DNA of 64,000 bases from Octopus vulgaris (Eukaryota). The position numbers were made by a program, and so were the translations under genes. The stretch lies in assembly GCA_951406725.2 (NCBI GenBank), contig OX597834.1, positions 17,484,001 through 17,548,000 of the forward strand, in the 5' to 3' direction. Below, one piece after another: positions 36,455 through 49,906 of this stretch (positions are counted from its first letter, which is position 1; the number at the start of each line of letters is the position of its first letter). The notes below the pieces were generated by a model. The model saw only the letters and a program-made list of their open reading frames with translations. It did no database searches and had not been told where the DNA came from.

Positions 36455-36784
36455 CTTTCAGTTTCTTTCTACCATATTCACTCAGAAGGCATTGGTTGGG
36501 GGCTATACTAAAAGACACTTGCCCAAGATGTCACTTAGTGGGACTGAAACTGAAATATTTGGTTGCAAAGTAAGTTCCTTAACCACACAGCCGTGGTTTG
36601 TTTTGATTACAGCCATTACCTGGAATAGTGTTCACCTGTTAAAACCTGTATCTCGTATATTGACCTGTTATTATTTCTTATTGCAGTGAAGTATAACTAT
36701 CATTGCTGACATTGATCTGAGGCTAAAAAGATAATGTTCTCAATGATGGTACATAAATATATGTATATGTATATATATATATAT

Positions 36785-36822
<38 letters not shown>

Positions 36823-36936
36823 ACGTAACATGCATGCACACGTATGCTCAGACACATATATATTTACTTATATATATGTGTGTGTGTGTGTTTAGTTATT
36901 TACATACATATCTACGTAAAGACACACACATAGAAG

Positions 36937-36968
<32 letters not shown>

Positions 36969-37172
36969 TATGCATGTAGTTACATGCACATGTGTATGTA
37001 TATTTACATGCACATGTAATGTATAAATACATTTCATATATACGTACATATTGTTACTTGTATATACTTGTCTGTGCATGTGTGTGTGCACGATTATGTA
37101 CTTACATATTTATGTATATATTTACACATCAGCATACACCTATATACCTAAATATATATTTACATGTAAGCC

Positions 37173-37494
37173 TGTATGTATGTATGTATGTATGTATGTA
37201 TGTATGTATGTATGTATGTATGTATGTATGTATGTATGTATGTATGTATGTATGTATGTATGTATGTATGTATGTATGTATGTATGTATGTATGTATGTA
37301 TGTATGTATGTATGTATGTATGTATGTATGTATGTATGTATGTATGTATGTATGTATGTATGTATGTATGTATGTATGTATGTATGTATGTATGTATGTA
37401 TGTATGTATGTATGTATGTATGTATGTATGTATGTATGTATGTATGTATGTATGTATGTATGTATGTATGCATGCATGCATGCATGCATGCATG
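37173..37494. repeat. Perfect (TATG)n of ~300 bp grading into (CATG)n
   Basis: Direct reading. Confidence 0.97.
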
Positions 37495-37877
37495 TCTACA
37501 TACATATATACATACATACGTACACACTGTTATTGTTTGTTTGTATATATATATATATACATGTAACTGTAGTTAGATGTACACAGACATGCATATATTC
37601 ATGAGTTTATGCACACATACGTACATAGGTACGGCTTTGTTGATGTTGCTGCAGTGAAAGGAGAAGGATCTAACCTAGATGTCTGTGTGTGTGTGATAGG
37701 TTTTATCACAAGACAATCCAAGCTAGGAGTCTAGTCAGTGGGGGGCGTCTGTTGCTTTTCATCTTTCCAAAGGATCAATTGAATAAATAAAGCCATCGGT
37801 AAGTTATTTAATTATTGTCCCTTTTCTTTTATATATATATATATATATATTCATGTACACATGCATATACACACGTA

Positions 37878-37915
<38 letters not shown>

Positions 37916-38434
37916 CTCTCTCTCTTTCTCTCACACATACTCTCTCTCATGCAGTTATACTCACACTTGCACACACACACATACAGTAACCTTGAGACTA
38001 TTGGTAAACCCCCACCCCCAGTCTCTCAACCTCTTTCTGTTATTGTGTTTTCAGTCTCCATACAAATGTTTTTGGAGATATTCATTGTTAGCTCATATAT
38101 ATATATATATTATATATTATATATTATATATATATATAGCTATATATATATATCACTAACAATAAAATATTATATATATATATATATATATATATGGAGC
38201 TTGCTTCCTAGCTACATGGTTTCGGGTTCAGTCTGCTATAGCCCCGGGCCGACCGGAGCTTTGTGATTGAATTCGGTAGGCGGAAGTTACTGCTGTGTGT
38301 GTATATGTGCGTGTAGGTGCTCAATGCCTCTCTGAAAGAGAGAGAGGGATATATATATATATAGATATATATCATTAACAATAAAACATTATATTTTTTA
38401 TATATTTATATAAATAAATATATTTTATTGTTAA

Positions 38435-38487
<53 letters not shown>

Positions 38488-39621
38488 AGTACATGAGACT
38501 TAGATTGCCCTGTGCATATGTGAGTTCACTGTTCATGTATGTATGTGTTCATTGATCATGTGTGTGTGTATGTGTGTATACACTGGCCTCTGTGTGTGTG
38601 TTATTATACGTACATACCTTAGGTAAATGTCTCCTACACAATCTTCCAAGCCTTGTGAGTGAAACTGGGTTCTTGGATATTGTGAGAAATTCCTTCTCAC
38701 ACACACTGACTTGTTGAGATTGCCTAAGGATTATGTTTAGAGTGCAAGTGTTTGTGTGTGTGTGTGTGTGTGTGTGAGTCGAGAGAGAGAGAAACACACA
38801 CACACAAAGGCTATATAATTGTCTCTAATTTAGGCACTAGGGCGGCAATTCTAGAGGCTGGGTGTTAGTTACATCAACCCCCATCCCCTCCAATCCTAGA
38901 CTGGTACTTTCTCAACCTTGGAGAGACGAAAGCAAAGTTATCCTTGGTAGAATTTGGACTTGGAATGTAAAGAACCAGAGCAAACACTGCAAAGCATGTT
39001 CTTTTTGATGCCTAAATAATTCTGCCAACGCAGTACATAGTTCCATTGAAGGAACAACTGAAATATCCATAATTGAAACTGGTATTCATCATGGAAAGTG
39101 ATAAGGAAGAAGTTCTAGAGATTGAACACAAGACCACTGCCAGTCTGCCTTCGCAGTATTGTCTATGGCCAGATGTTCTTTTGATGCCAACCCTCACCGT
39201 TTTCGCTGGCCAAGCTGATATTTTCCCATAACTAGATATGTTTTTCATAGAAGACTGGAAACATGCAATATCGCTCTGTGTGATATTGATGCTTGTTTAC
39301 AACCTGACATGATGAGAGAGAGAAGTGTAAAACATGGTGGAAACAGCACTTGAATACTAAAGGCCGAATAGAGTACTGAATTTTATTGAAGCTGCAAAAC
39401 TTGACAAACCATTAGCCTGAGTTTCACATAACCAACCATCAAATAACAGGTGAACTTCTGGAATTATACAGTGGTTCATAATGTTCTATAAGTTTACTTC
39501 TGTCTCATTATTGATTGCATTCATTCAACTTGGAGTAATGATTTGGTAATGATTTTCAACTCCAATAAAACTCCCCCACTCTCTCTCTGTCTGTCTCTCT
39601 CTCCTCCTCTCCCCCTCCCCC

Positions 39622-39653
<32 letters not shown>

Positions 39654-39867
39654 CTACAAACACATCCACGGACACAGTCACAGACACATGCACTTGATGA
39701 GAGCAGTGTGTTTTTTGGTACCTTTTTGTTGGTTTCTTGGCAAGAGTTCTCTGCTGTGATATTTTCTTCAAGATTCAGAATATGACAGTGGTTGATTCCC
39801 CATGCCAACCTTCAAACAACGACCATAACTTCCTTTTGATGCTGCCTTGGTTTAGGAAAAGTGTTTC

Positions 39868-40282
39868 TTATTTCTTTATTGCCCACAAGGGGCTAAACAT
39901 AGAGGGGACAAACAGGGACAGACAAATGGATTAAGTCGATTACATCAACCCCATTGCATAACTGGTACTTAATTTATCGACCCCAAAAGGATGAAAGGCA
40001 AAGTCGACCTCAGTGAAATTTGAACTCAGAACGTAACGGAAGACAAAATACCTATTTCTTTACTGCCCACAAGGGGTTAAACACAGAAGGGACAAACAAG
40101 GACAGACAAACGGATTAAGTCGATTATATCGACCTCAGTGTGTAACTGGTACTTATTTAATCAACCCTGAAAGGATGGAAGGTAAAGTCAATCTCAGCGG
40201 AATTTGAACTCAAAACTTAGTGGCAGACGAAATACCGCTAAGCATTTCGCCCAGCGTGCTACCGTTTTTGCCAGCTCGTCCT
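39868..40282 (-). mobile_element. SINE family B dimer (B2-B2)
   Basis: Two bodies and tails; junction aaagaaataggtattttgtc on the minus strand. Confidence 0.9.
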
Positions 40283-40385
40283 GATATGTCACGTTTTAGT
40301 CAATAAATGGATTGTTTTTGTGATGAAAATAAAGCATAGGACAAATGTTTTAAAGTTCTTTTTCCCATTCATTCAGTATGTCACA

Positions 40386-40670
40386 TGGAGGCACATGACT
40401 TAGTGGTTAGGGTATTCAGTTCATGATCGTAAGGTCTTGTGTTCAATCCCTGGTGGTACATTGTGTTCTTGAGCAAGACACTTTATTTCACGTCACTTTG
40501 GTATACTCAGCCAGCAAAGATGAGTTGTATTTGTATTTCACAGGGCCAGCCTTGTCACACGAGAACTATGTTACAGGTACACATGTCTGAGGAGCGCTCA
40601 ACCACGAGCAGGCTATTCTGTTGATCGGACAAACTGGAACACTTGTTGTTGTAGCCCTCGGGGTACCAGT
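40386..40670 (+). mobile_element. SINE family C
   Basis: ggaggcacatgacttagtggttaggg...gtgttcttgagcaagacactttatttcac. Confidence 0.8.
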
Positions 40671-40877
40671 TAGATTGGCACCCTTTTTATCAAGCTGTTT
40701 TGACTTTCAGTGTTCTGCGAACGTTGAATAAATGTTGGATGTCCAATGTTTAGTTCTGTAAACTCACATGTTATTTTGCATGTACCTGTTTCAATAAATC
40801 GTTCTAATTTTTGGCATGAGACAAGGGAAAGGGCAAGTCAATTACATTGACCCCAGTACTCAATTCTTTCTTTCTTT

Positions 40878-41070
40878 CTTTTACTTGTTTCAGTCATTTG
40901 ACTGCGTCCATGCTGGAGCACCGCCTTTAGTCGAGCAAATCGATCCCGGACTTATTCTATCGGTTTCATTTGCCGAACCGCTAAGTTACGGAGAAGTAAA
41001 CACACCAACATCGGTTGTCAAGCGATGTTGGGGTGGGACAAACACAGGCACGCAAACACACACACACACA

Positions 41071-41126
<56 letters not shown>

Positions 41127-41284
41127 CGACGGGCTTCTTTCAGTTTCCGTCTACCAAATCCACTCACAAGGCTCTGGTCGGCCCGAGGCTATAGTAGAAG
41201 ACACTTGCCCAAAGTGCCACGCAGTGGGACTGAACCCGGAACCATGTGGTTGGTAAGCAAGCTACTATCCACACAGCCACTCCT
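40878..41284 (-). mobile_element. SINE family A inside an older SINE B
   Basis: Near-consensus reverse copy. Confidence 0.9.
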
Positions 41285-41573
41285 TTATTTTATAGACCTT
41301 GAAAGAATGAAAGGTAAAATTGACCTCTGTGGTATTTGAACGTCCAGCTAAAAGATATGCTGCTAAACATTTTGTCTGGGGTTGTAATAAATTTATTTGA
41401 CCTGCGTTAACAATGACCTTAATTATATCTGCATTGTTTTTTTTGACTATTTCCTGTATGTGTTTATTAATTTGATGGGTTTTTTTTTTATCCAAAGATC
41501 AAAGTGAATTGAAGCTCCTATATCCCATAAATAACAGCAAATCAAACAACATTATATAAACATCATAAAAACG

Positions 41574-41790
41574 CTCTTCTTCTTCTTCTTCTTCTCCTTC
41601 GTCTCCTCCTTCTCCTCCTTTCTTCTTTTTCTTCTTCGTCTCCTCTTTCTCCTTCTCCTCCTCCTCCTTTCTTCTTTTTCTTTTTCTTCCTCTCCTTCAT
41701 CTCCTCCTCCTCCTCCTCCTCCTCCTCCTTCTCCCTTCTTCTTTTTCTTCTTCTTCTTCTTCTTCTCCTCCCTCCTCCTCCTCCACCTTC
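41574..41790. repeat. Polypyrimidine (CTT/CCT)n tract
   Basis: Direct reading. Confidence 0.9.
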
Positions 41791-42239
41791 AGTTTCTCTT
41801 TTTGTTTTACTTCTGTTGTTGGTTCACTTCAAAAATGTTTCCTCAACTCTTCTATCTCTTCTTCCCTGTTGTCACTGCCTTATCAAAATAAAATCAAGGT
41901 GAAGGATGAAATAAACCAACAATTTCCTCTTCTTATCTCTATCTCTTTTCTCTTTGTCTCTCTTTCAATCGCTATCTTTCCCCTACTTTCCCATCCTCTT
42001 TCTCTCTCTTTTTCACTCTCCCCTCTCTTTCTTTATCTGTCTCCCTCTCTTTTTCTCCCTCCCTCCCCTCTTTAAAGACACCACACCCTATCTTTCATAT
42101 CATACCCCCACCCCCAGCCACCTATGTAGTTGCATTTAGTTCCTTGTAAAAATCCACCTGTGACATTGAAAAGAGCAGATCCAATAATCTCCTTCCCACC
42201 CATGTCCCACCAAACTTTAGCGACATGATCACAGTACTA

Positions 42240-43255
42240 ATAGGGATTCCTTCTAGGGGCACAAGGCCACACATTTGTTGTGGAGGGACATAGATGACTG
42301 GGATCAGCATCAGTACCCATTTTACTGTTCCTGGATGGCAGATGAAGACAGTCCCAATGAAATTTGAACTCAGAATAGAAGGGGATGTAATGAAATACAA
42401 GAAAGTATTTTTGTCTTGTGGGGCTACAATTTCTGTCCCTTGACCATCCTAATTTCTAATTTAGGCACTAGGCCAATAGTTTTGAGGGAAAGGGGTCAGT
42501 CAATACCTATTTCTTTACTACCCACAGGGGGCTAAATACAGAGAGGGCAAACAAGGACAGACAAATGGATTGTCGATTATATCGACCCCAGTGCATAACT
42601 GGTACTTATTTAATCGACCCCGAAAGGATGAAAGGCAAAGTCGACCTTGACGGAATTTGAACTCAGAACGTAACGGCAGACGAAATACGGCTACGCATCT
42701 CGCCCGGTGTGCTAACATTTCTTCCAGACCGTCGCCATTGAGTCAGTCAATACCATCAACCCCAGTATGTGCCTGATACTGAATTTTATTGACCTTAGAA
42801 ACACGAAAGGCAAAGTTAGACTGTGGCAGGATTTGAACTCAGAACGTTGGAAAAATATTATAAAGTATCATCCAACACTAATGATTTTATCAACCCACCA
42901 ATCTAATAACGGTTTCAAATTTTGGCACAAGGCCTGCAATTTCGGAAGAGTGGCTAAACTCAATGTTCAACGGTGCTTACTTTATCGACCCTGAAAGGAG
43001 GAAAGGCAAAGTTGACCTCGGTGGAATTTGAGCCCAGAATGTAAAGATGGATGAAATGTCTTTAAGCATTTTGCCTGGAATGCTAATGATTTTGTTAACT
43101 CCCTGCCTTAAATCCACCACCCAATTAGTAACTATAGCCCCTTCTAATTTTGGCACATGGCCAGCAGCTTTTAGGGGAGAGGCAAGTAGATTACATTGAC
43201 CTCAGTATTTAACTGGTATTTTATTTTATTGAGCTCGAAAGGATGACAGGCAAAA
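42240..43255 (-). mobile_element. Stack of SINE B copies, including a young B2 copy (42509-42738) with TSD gtcagtcaatacc
   Basis: Repeated ggcacaaggcc...gaaaggcaaagt...atttgaactcagaa modules. Confidence 0.8.
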
Positions 43256-44202
43256 TTTTATTGGCTAAACTGGCAAAATGACCATTCCTAAATACAACAA
43301 TATTGATAGTAACATTTTCCTTTTATGGCAAAATATGCACCCAATTCAATAAAGCTATGGTTACTCTGATTACTATGTATAAAATGCAAAATATTTTAGT
43401 TTTTCGTAGATTAGGTAGGCATAATTTGCTCCTACCTTTCAATCTCAGTATTAAAACTACACATAGTACTGCTGTGGTACACGTGCTGTGTACATTCCTG
43501 CAACAACATTTTCTTTGCGCTCTATAAAGGAAGAAGTAAATCTGCCTTCAACTCAGTCGTGTGCCTGTGTTTTGCTTATTTTTTTGTGTGTTTTACTGCA
43601 TAAACATCACCAACTGCTTACCCTGAGTAATTACTAACGGCACGTGCCTGGCACATGGTTTGAAATTTAGCTTACTTTATCAAAATAAGTTTTAACATAA
43701 ATCTCGTATCTTTAAATTTGCAATTTAACGTTTTAATTAAAATATAAAACCACGAGAAAGTAAAACACTTATAAATAGATTTACAATCTACCGACTAAAA
43801 ATTTTGATCACCTCACACAGAATTTAAATTTAGGTGAGGGTCCTTGTTGTGGTGAAATCCCGACACCCCTCTGGGATAGCAAGTCTACCAAATCCACTCA
43901 CAAGGCTTTGGTTGGCCCGAGACTATAGTAGAAGACACTTGCCCAAGGTTCCACGCAGTGGGACTGAACCCACACAGTGAAGGACAGTGTGGTACGTGCA
44001 GGTGTTTTGTGAAGACAGTTGTAGAAGTTGTCAAGAAGAGATTTTGTTTGCTCTGTTTGTTTCTGATTTATATTTGTATTGTTATAACCTCGTTATAAGT
44101 CCACATTATAAAGTAACATATACAGTGAGTTCAAAGAAGGACAAAACAGTGTTGATGAGACACAACAGTCCTAGTCAATTACTTCAGCTGCAGTGCTCAG
44201 CT

Positions 44203-44346
44203 GGTGTTAGGAAGGGCATCCAGCCGTAGAAACACTGCTAGATCAGACTGGGCCTGGTGCAGCCTTCTGGCTTCCCAGACCCAAGTTGAACCGTCCAACC
44301 CATGCTAGCATGGAAAGCGGACGTTAAACGATGATGATGATGATGA
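44203..44346 (+). mobile_element. Family D RTE 3' end, young
   Basis: ggtgttaggaagggcatccagccgtagaaac...cggacgttaaacgatgatg. Confidence 0.85.
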
Positions 44347-45084
44347 CCCTGAAAGGATGACAAAGCAAAGTTGACCTCGGTGGAATTTGAAGTCAGACCA
44401 TGGAGCTGAATGACTCAGTTTTCAGAAGTCTTGGAATAATGGTCTTCACCTTTCAGTTAGCCTCTGTCTGTTTGTCTGTCGCCTAGGATAACCATGTATC
44501 CTCTCTACATTCAGCTTGCTGCATAATAATTTTCTTTCTACTAAAGGCGCAAGGCCTAAAATTTTGGGTGAGTGCCCTGGTCAATTACTTCAACCCCCAT
44601 GTGCAACTGGTACTTTATGTTATTAACCCTGAAAAGGATGAAAGGCATAGTTGACCTTGGCTGAATTTGAAGTTAGAACATAAAGACAACAGTGAGATTT
44701 GAAACCAACCACTGTTCTGACAGCGATGTCTAAACATAGGCACAAGGCCACGTCATATTTCAGATGAAGGGCATATTCTGTCATATCGAACCCAGTAAGT
44801 AACTGGTACTTATTGATCCTGGAAAAAAATGAAAGGCAGTTGACTTAGATAGGATTTGAACTCACAGCATATAGACATATCTGAAGGCACGAGGCCAAAA
44901 GTTTTGTATGAGGCTGTTAGGTGATTAGTGTAAACTCTGGAACCTATTTAATGGGACTTGGGAAGATGAATTGCAAAGTTCAGCCTGGTAGATCAACTTT
45001 GCCATTCGATAGTAATAATCATTTTTTTATTGAAAGGGAAAATCAATGATTTGCTGGAGCCAGTCAGAGGGTCTTTACATACCC

Positions 45085-45515
45085 ATTCAATCTGCTAGAA
45101 ATAGCAGTCAACTCTCTAGCAAATCACACCCTATTGCTACAAAAAAACCTGAAGGACACATTTAAAAATATAATCAAAGATGGGATGAGAGAGCTAGTTA
45201 TAGCAGCCAAATCTCATATCACACCCTACTTCTGTCAGAAAAAAAAGAAAAACATCTGAAGGGCACATTTGAAAAAGTGGTCTTAGATACACTAAGATGA
45301 GATGAGTGAGAGAGCTCCTACATAGCCACTCAGCCTGCTAGAAATAGTAGCTATTTCTCAAATCACATTCTATTATTGTAAAAATAATCTGAAGGACACA
45401 TTTGAAAATATAGCCCTGGATATACTAAGATGGGATGTCACAGCTGGAATTGTATTTTTTTTTTGTATTCCTGTCTTAGGTCTGGTCTATCATAGCTTAC
45501 CCGGGGTTAAATAAC
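45085..45515 (+). repeat. Dispersed repeat (family G) with internal triplication
   Basis: ctagaaatagcag...atcacacccta...ctgaaggacacattt...aagatgggatg three times; single copies near 6136, 8870, 20687 and 58735 (-). Confidence 0.65.
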
Positions 45516-45924
45516 CATGGATCACTTCTTACCACTGGACAGGTTGCTTTGGCCATTTCTGTCCACTTGGATATAGATGTAGTAGTGATGGTGGTGGTAG
45601 TAGTAGTGGTGGTAGTGTTGTAGTGGTAGTGGTGGGATGGGGGTAGTAGTCATGGTGGTGGTAGTAGTAATAGTTGCTGCAGTAAGCTAAAGGAGGTATG
45701 AAGAGGTAGGGCCAGGGTGTGGGGCAGGAGCTGGTGGTGATGGAGGAGATGGTGGTGGTAGTAGTGGTGGTGGTGCTGGCCAGCCGGGAGATTAACTGCA
45801 ATAATTGTTTGCTCAAACCAATCGAACATAACTAGTGATCAATATCCAATATAAACAATATGAACGTAATATATAGTTGACTGTGGCATTAATATAATCT
45901 GTACAAGCAGCTGTTATACACACA

Positions 45925-45959
<35 letters not shown>

Positions 45960-45997
45960 CCACCCACACCCACACACCCACATACACACAAACATAT

Positions 45998-46040
<43 letters not shown>

Positions 46041-46072
46041 TATATATATGTATATATAAATATATATGAATG

Positions 46073-46116
<44 letters not shown>

Positions 46117-46489
46117 TATGTTTGTATGTATGTGTGTGTGTATATATGTATGTATGTGTGTGTATGTATATATGTATGTATGTGTGTGTATGTATATATA
46201 TGTATGTATGTGTGTGTGGGTGTATATATGCATGTATATGTGTGTTTGTATATATATGTATGTATATGTGTGCGTATATATATGTATGTATGTATATATA
46301 TTTGTGTATGAATTCCTGAATAGCTGAATTTTGTTGTTGCTATTGTTGTTGATGTGAAAAAAAATAATTTGCAGATTTTAATATTATTTTTATGTTTCAT
46401 GAAAGATCATTCATTACTCTCTCAACTATTAAAAAAAAACAAACCAAAACCAAAAAAGAAACCTAAAGTACTTTGGTCACAAAATAAAA

Positions 46490-46668
46490 GAATAAGACTT
46501 TTATTAGAAGGAAAGATAAATGGCAAAAACACCCAAGAAAGATCTTGAACAAACTGGCTTGATAACATCAAAGACTGAACGAAACTGTCATATGGTGAAT
46601 GTGTAAGAATGGAGATCCTTGGTATTGAACCTGCCAAGAGCTGATGACACCTAATGATGAGGATGAAA
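46490..46668 (+). pseudogene. RTE-clade LINE 3' relic
   Basis: RLLLEGKINGK.. / S*TNWLDNIKD*TKLSYGECVRM ... gatgacacctaatgatgaggatga. Confidence 0.75.
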
Positions 46669-46858
46669 GGGAGTTATGAATTAAGTTTTAAACCCAGCTA
46701 ATTGTATTTTTTTAATTCTAAATACAGTACTTAGATTAACTTGGCCCTTGGCTTTTTCTACTCAAAAGGGATTGTCAACCCAATATTTGACATGATATTT
46801 ATTAGCTTTAAGTACTTGGAGATATATTATTCCTATGTGTGTGTATATATATATATAG

Positions 46859-47186
46859 TGAAGGCGCATGGCTCAGTGGTTAGAGAGTCAAGCTTATGAT
46901 CGTGAGGTTGTGAGTTCAAATCCCAGACCGGGCTGTGTTGTGTTCTTGAGCAAGACACTTTATTTCACGTTCACTCAGCTGTAGAAATGAGTTGCGACAT
47001 CACAGGTGCCAAGCTGTATCGGCCCCTTTGCCGTTCCCTTGGATAACACTGGTGGCGGGGAGAGGGGAGGCCGGTATGCATGGGTGACTGCTGATCGTCC
47101 ATAAACAACCTTGTCCGGACTTGTGCCTGGGAGGGTAACTTTCTAGGTGCAATCCCATGGTCAGTGTCGTGATCGAAGGGGGTCTC
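46859..47186 (+). mobile_element. SINE family C (tRNA head with CORE-like segment), full length
   Basis: A-box tggctcagtgg, B-box gagttcaaatcc, gtgttcttgagcaagacactt; ends cgaagggggtctc. Confidence 0.9.
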
Positions 47187-47416
47187 AGACTCAAATATAT
47201 ATATGTATATATATATATATATATATTTATAGTTATGGTATATTCTGTGAAGATTGCAATAGAGTAAAGTGTAAAGCTCGTCCACCTTCAGATTTCACCC
47301 TGTGGTTTATAGGAAATGAATGGAGAATGAGAGAAAGAGACAGACAGAGACTGTATATGTGTGTGTGTATGGTTGGTTGGGTTAGTTAATTGATAAAAGA
47401 AAAATTTTATCTCTGT

Positions 47417-47831
47417 AATATATGTGTGCATATGTATGTATATCTGTGCATACACACATGCACACGTACCTATATCTGTGTATGTATATGTATGTATATC
47501 TGTGTGTGTTTATGTATGTATAACTGTGTGTATATGTATATCTGTGTATTTATTTGTATATATATATATATATATGTGTGTATGTGTGTTATGTATAATG
47601 TGTATATATATATGTATGTATGTATGTATATGTATGTATGTATATATGTGTATGTATGTATGTATGTATATATATATATGTATCTATATATATGTATGTA
47701 TATATATATATATGTATGTATGTATGTATGTATATATATATATGTATGTGTATATATATATATGTATGTGTATATATATATATATGTATGTGTATATATA
47801 TATATATGTATGTGTATATATATATGTATGT

Positions 47832-47863
<32 letters not shown>

Positions 47864-47953
47864 TTGTATATATATGTATGTGTATATATGTATGTATGTA
47901 TATATATATGTATGTATGTATGTATATTCATATATATGCATGCATACATATGT

Positions 47954-48007
<54 letters not shown>

Positions 48008-48032
48008 CGTGTGTACAGATGTGTATATGTGT
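47417..48032. repeat. Long compound (TA/TG/TATG) microsatellite
   Basis: Direct reading. Confidence 0.95.
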
Positions 48033-48277
48033 GCAACCATATGCATACAGTGGACTTCTGCCCAATTTCTGTGAATGAAATTTCAATATGAAAGCTTTGT
48101 TCTACCTAATGGTAGAAGATCCTACTGGTAGAAGATCCTAATGGTAGATGATACTCACCCAGCTGCTCAATACCATGTTGTGAAGTCAGATTTTTTAACT
48201 GAACAACCCTTGCTACACCCATGATGAATGGTAGAGGCTTTTCTGCGAAGTACAATACATTATGTTTCTTTACACAT

Positions 48278-48688
48278 TTAACCCTTTTTAGACCAACTTG
48301 CCCAAATCTGCACTGATTTGGGGTGGTTTTGGCAGTGGAGTTAGAAAGGATTTATTCCTCCGCTAGCGATATAAACAAGCATGCATTTTGCACCAAAAGC
48401 CTCTACTCCCATGTTATCTACTGTTGTAAAGTTTGTTCTAGCATAACATCCACATTTAAGTGCGGTTAAATATTATCTCTCGGTATTAATACAGCTTCCG
48501 TTGCTAATATATACTTCTGTTTAAGGTGAGACTAAATTAAATTCGTCTGTCAAAATTCCATGCTAATTGACATTCCAAATACCAGCTTAGTAATGACAAA
48601 TTTATTTTACTAAATACATCATTATTTTCAAAATTTAATGAAACAAACGTATTTTTATCACGAGAGAAATTTGGTTACAAAGGAGTTA
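48278..48688. mobile_element. Family E MITE, long variant
   Basis: ttaaccctttt ... ggttacaaaggagttaa with extra internal sequence. Confidence 0.6.
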
Positions 48689-48714
48689 AAGATTACTTTA
48701 GAAATTATCAAATA

Positions 48715-48910
48715 ACTCTTTTACTCTTTTACTTGTTTCAGTAATTTGACTGCGGCCATGCTGGAGCACCGCCTTTAGTCGAGCAAATCGACCCCGGAGC
48801 TTATTCTTTGTAAGCCCAGGACTTATTCTATCGGTCTCTTTTGCCGAACCGCTAAGTGACGGTGACGTAAACACACCAGCATTGGTTGTCAAGCGATGTT
48901 TGGGGGACAA

Positions 48911-48943
<33 letters not shown>

Positions 48944-49120
48944 CACATATATACGACAGGCTTCTTTCAGTTTCTGTCTACCAAATCCACTCACAAGGCT
49001 TTGGTCGGCCCGGGGCTATAGCAGAAGACACTTGCCCAAGATGCCACGCAGTGGGACTGAACCCGGAACCATGTGGTTGGTTAGCAAGTTACTTACCACA
49101 CAGCCACTCCTGCGCCTATA
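48715..49120 (-). mobile_element. SINE family A, full length
   Basis: Near-consensus. Confidence 0.92.
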
Positions 49121-49649
49121 AGGCAAAATTTGAAGGTTTGAACACACCTCACCCAATCCACACTTCATTCTCTCTCTCTCTCTCTCTTTCTCATATCTCA
49201 ATTTCTCCCCTCCCTCTCTCTGCGTCTCTCGCTCTCTCCTCTTTTCATTGTTTGTAGCTAATGCAAAAGAATGTGTTCTGAACATAACCTGGTAACTCGT
49301 ACCCTGCCACCCTTGCGTTTGTCTCTCTCTTCAAACATCTTGGTAAGGATTTGCATTTTAGTTTCCCCTCTTGTTGCAGTTGACTTGCAGTATTTTCACA
49401 TTCTTTCTTTTTTTAAACCTTTTGTTGTCAGTATGGTAGGTGGGGTGGGGTGGGTGGGGTGACTTAGATTTTTGCAAGTTTTCATATGCACCTACCACAC
49501 CAGGTGTGAGAGAAAAACTGTACAATGCACAAATACTCTTACACATTCACCTGAATTATACTAAACAATACACACACACACACACATATCTATATATATA
49601 TATATCTTTATCTAATCTACCGATATTTATTTACCTACCTACCTGCCCA

Positions 49650-49717
49650 ACTACCTATCTCTCTATCTACCTGTCTGTCTATCTATCTGTCTGTCTGTCT
49701 GTCTACCTGTCTATCTG

Positions 49718-49748
<31 letters not shown>

Positions 49749-49846
49749 GTCTATCTATCTACCTGTCTGTCTGTCTGTCTGTCTATCTGTCTATCTATCT
49801 ACCTGTCTGTCTGTCTGTCTATCTATCTATCTGTCTATCTATCTAC

Positions 49847-49906
<60 letters not shown>
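49650..49906. repeat. (TCTA/TCTG)n tetranucleotide microsatellite
   Basis: Direct reading. Confidence 0.95.

Noticed and set aside
46638-46672. CTGATGA...GAAA resembling a hammerhead core
   Set aside because: No stem II or III pairing; it is the end and (GAT)n tail of an RTE relic. The CTGATGA at ~11388 likewise lies inside the Dong ORF.
46859-46935. tRNA-like sequences with A and B boxes
   Set aside because: They continue into SINE bodies and lack a full cloverleaf; these are SINE heads, not tRNA genes.
49438-49460. G-quadruplex-capable G runs (also ~18864-18886)
   Set aside because: Short simple-sequence runs, expected by chance in this repeat-rich DNA; no supporting context.
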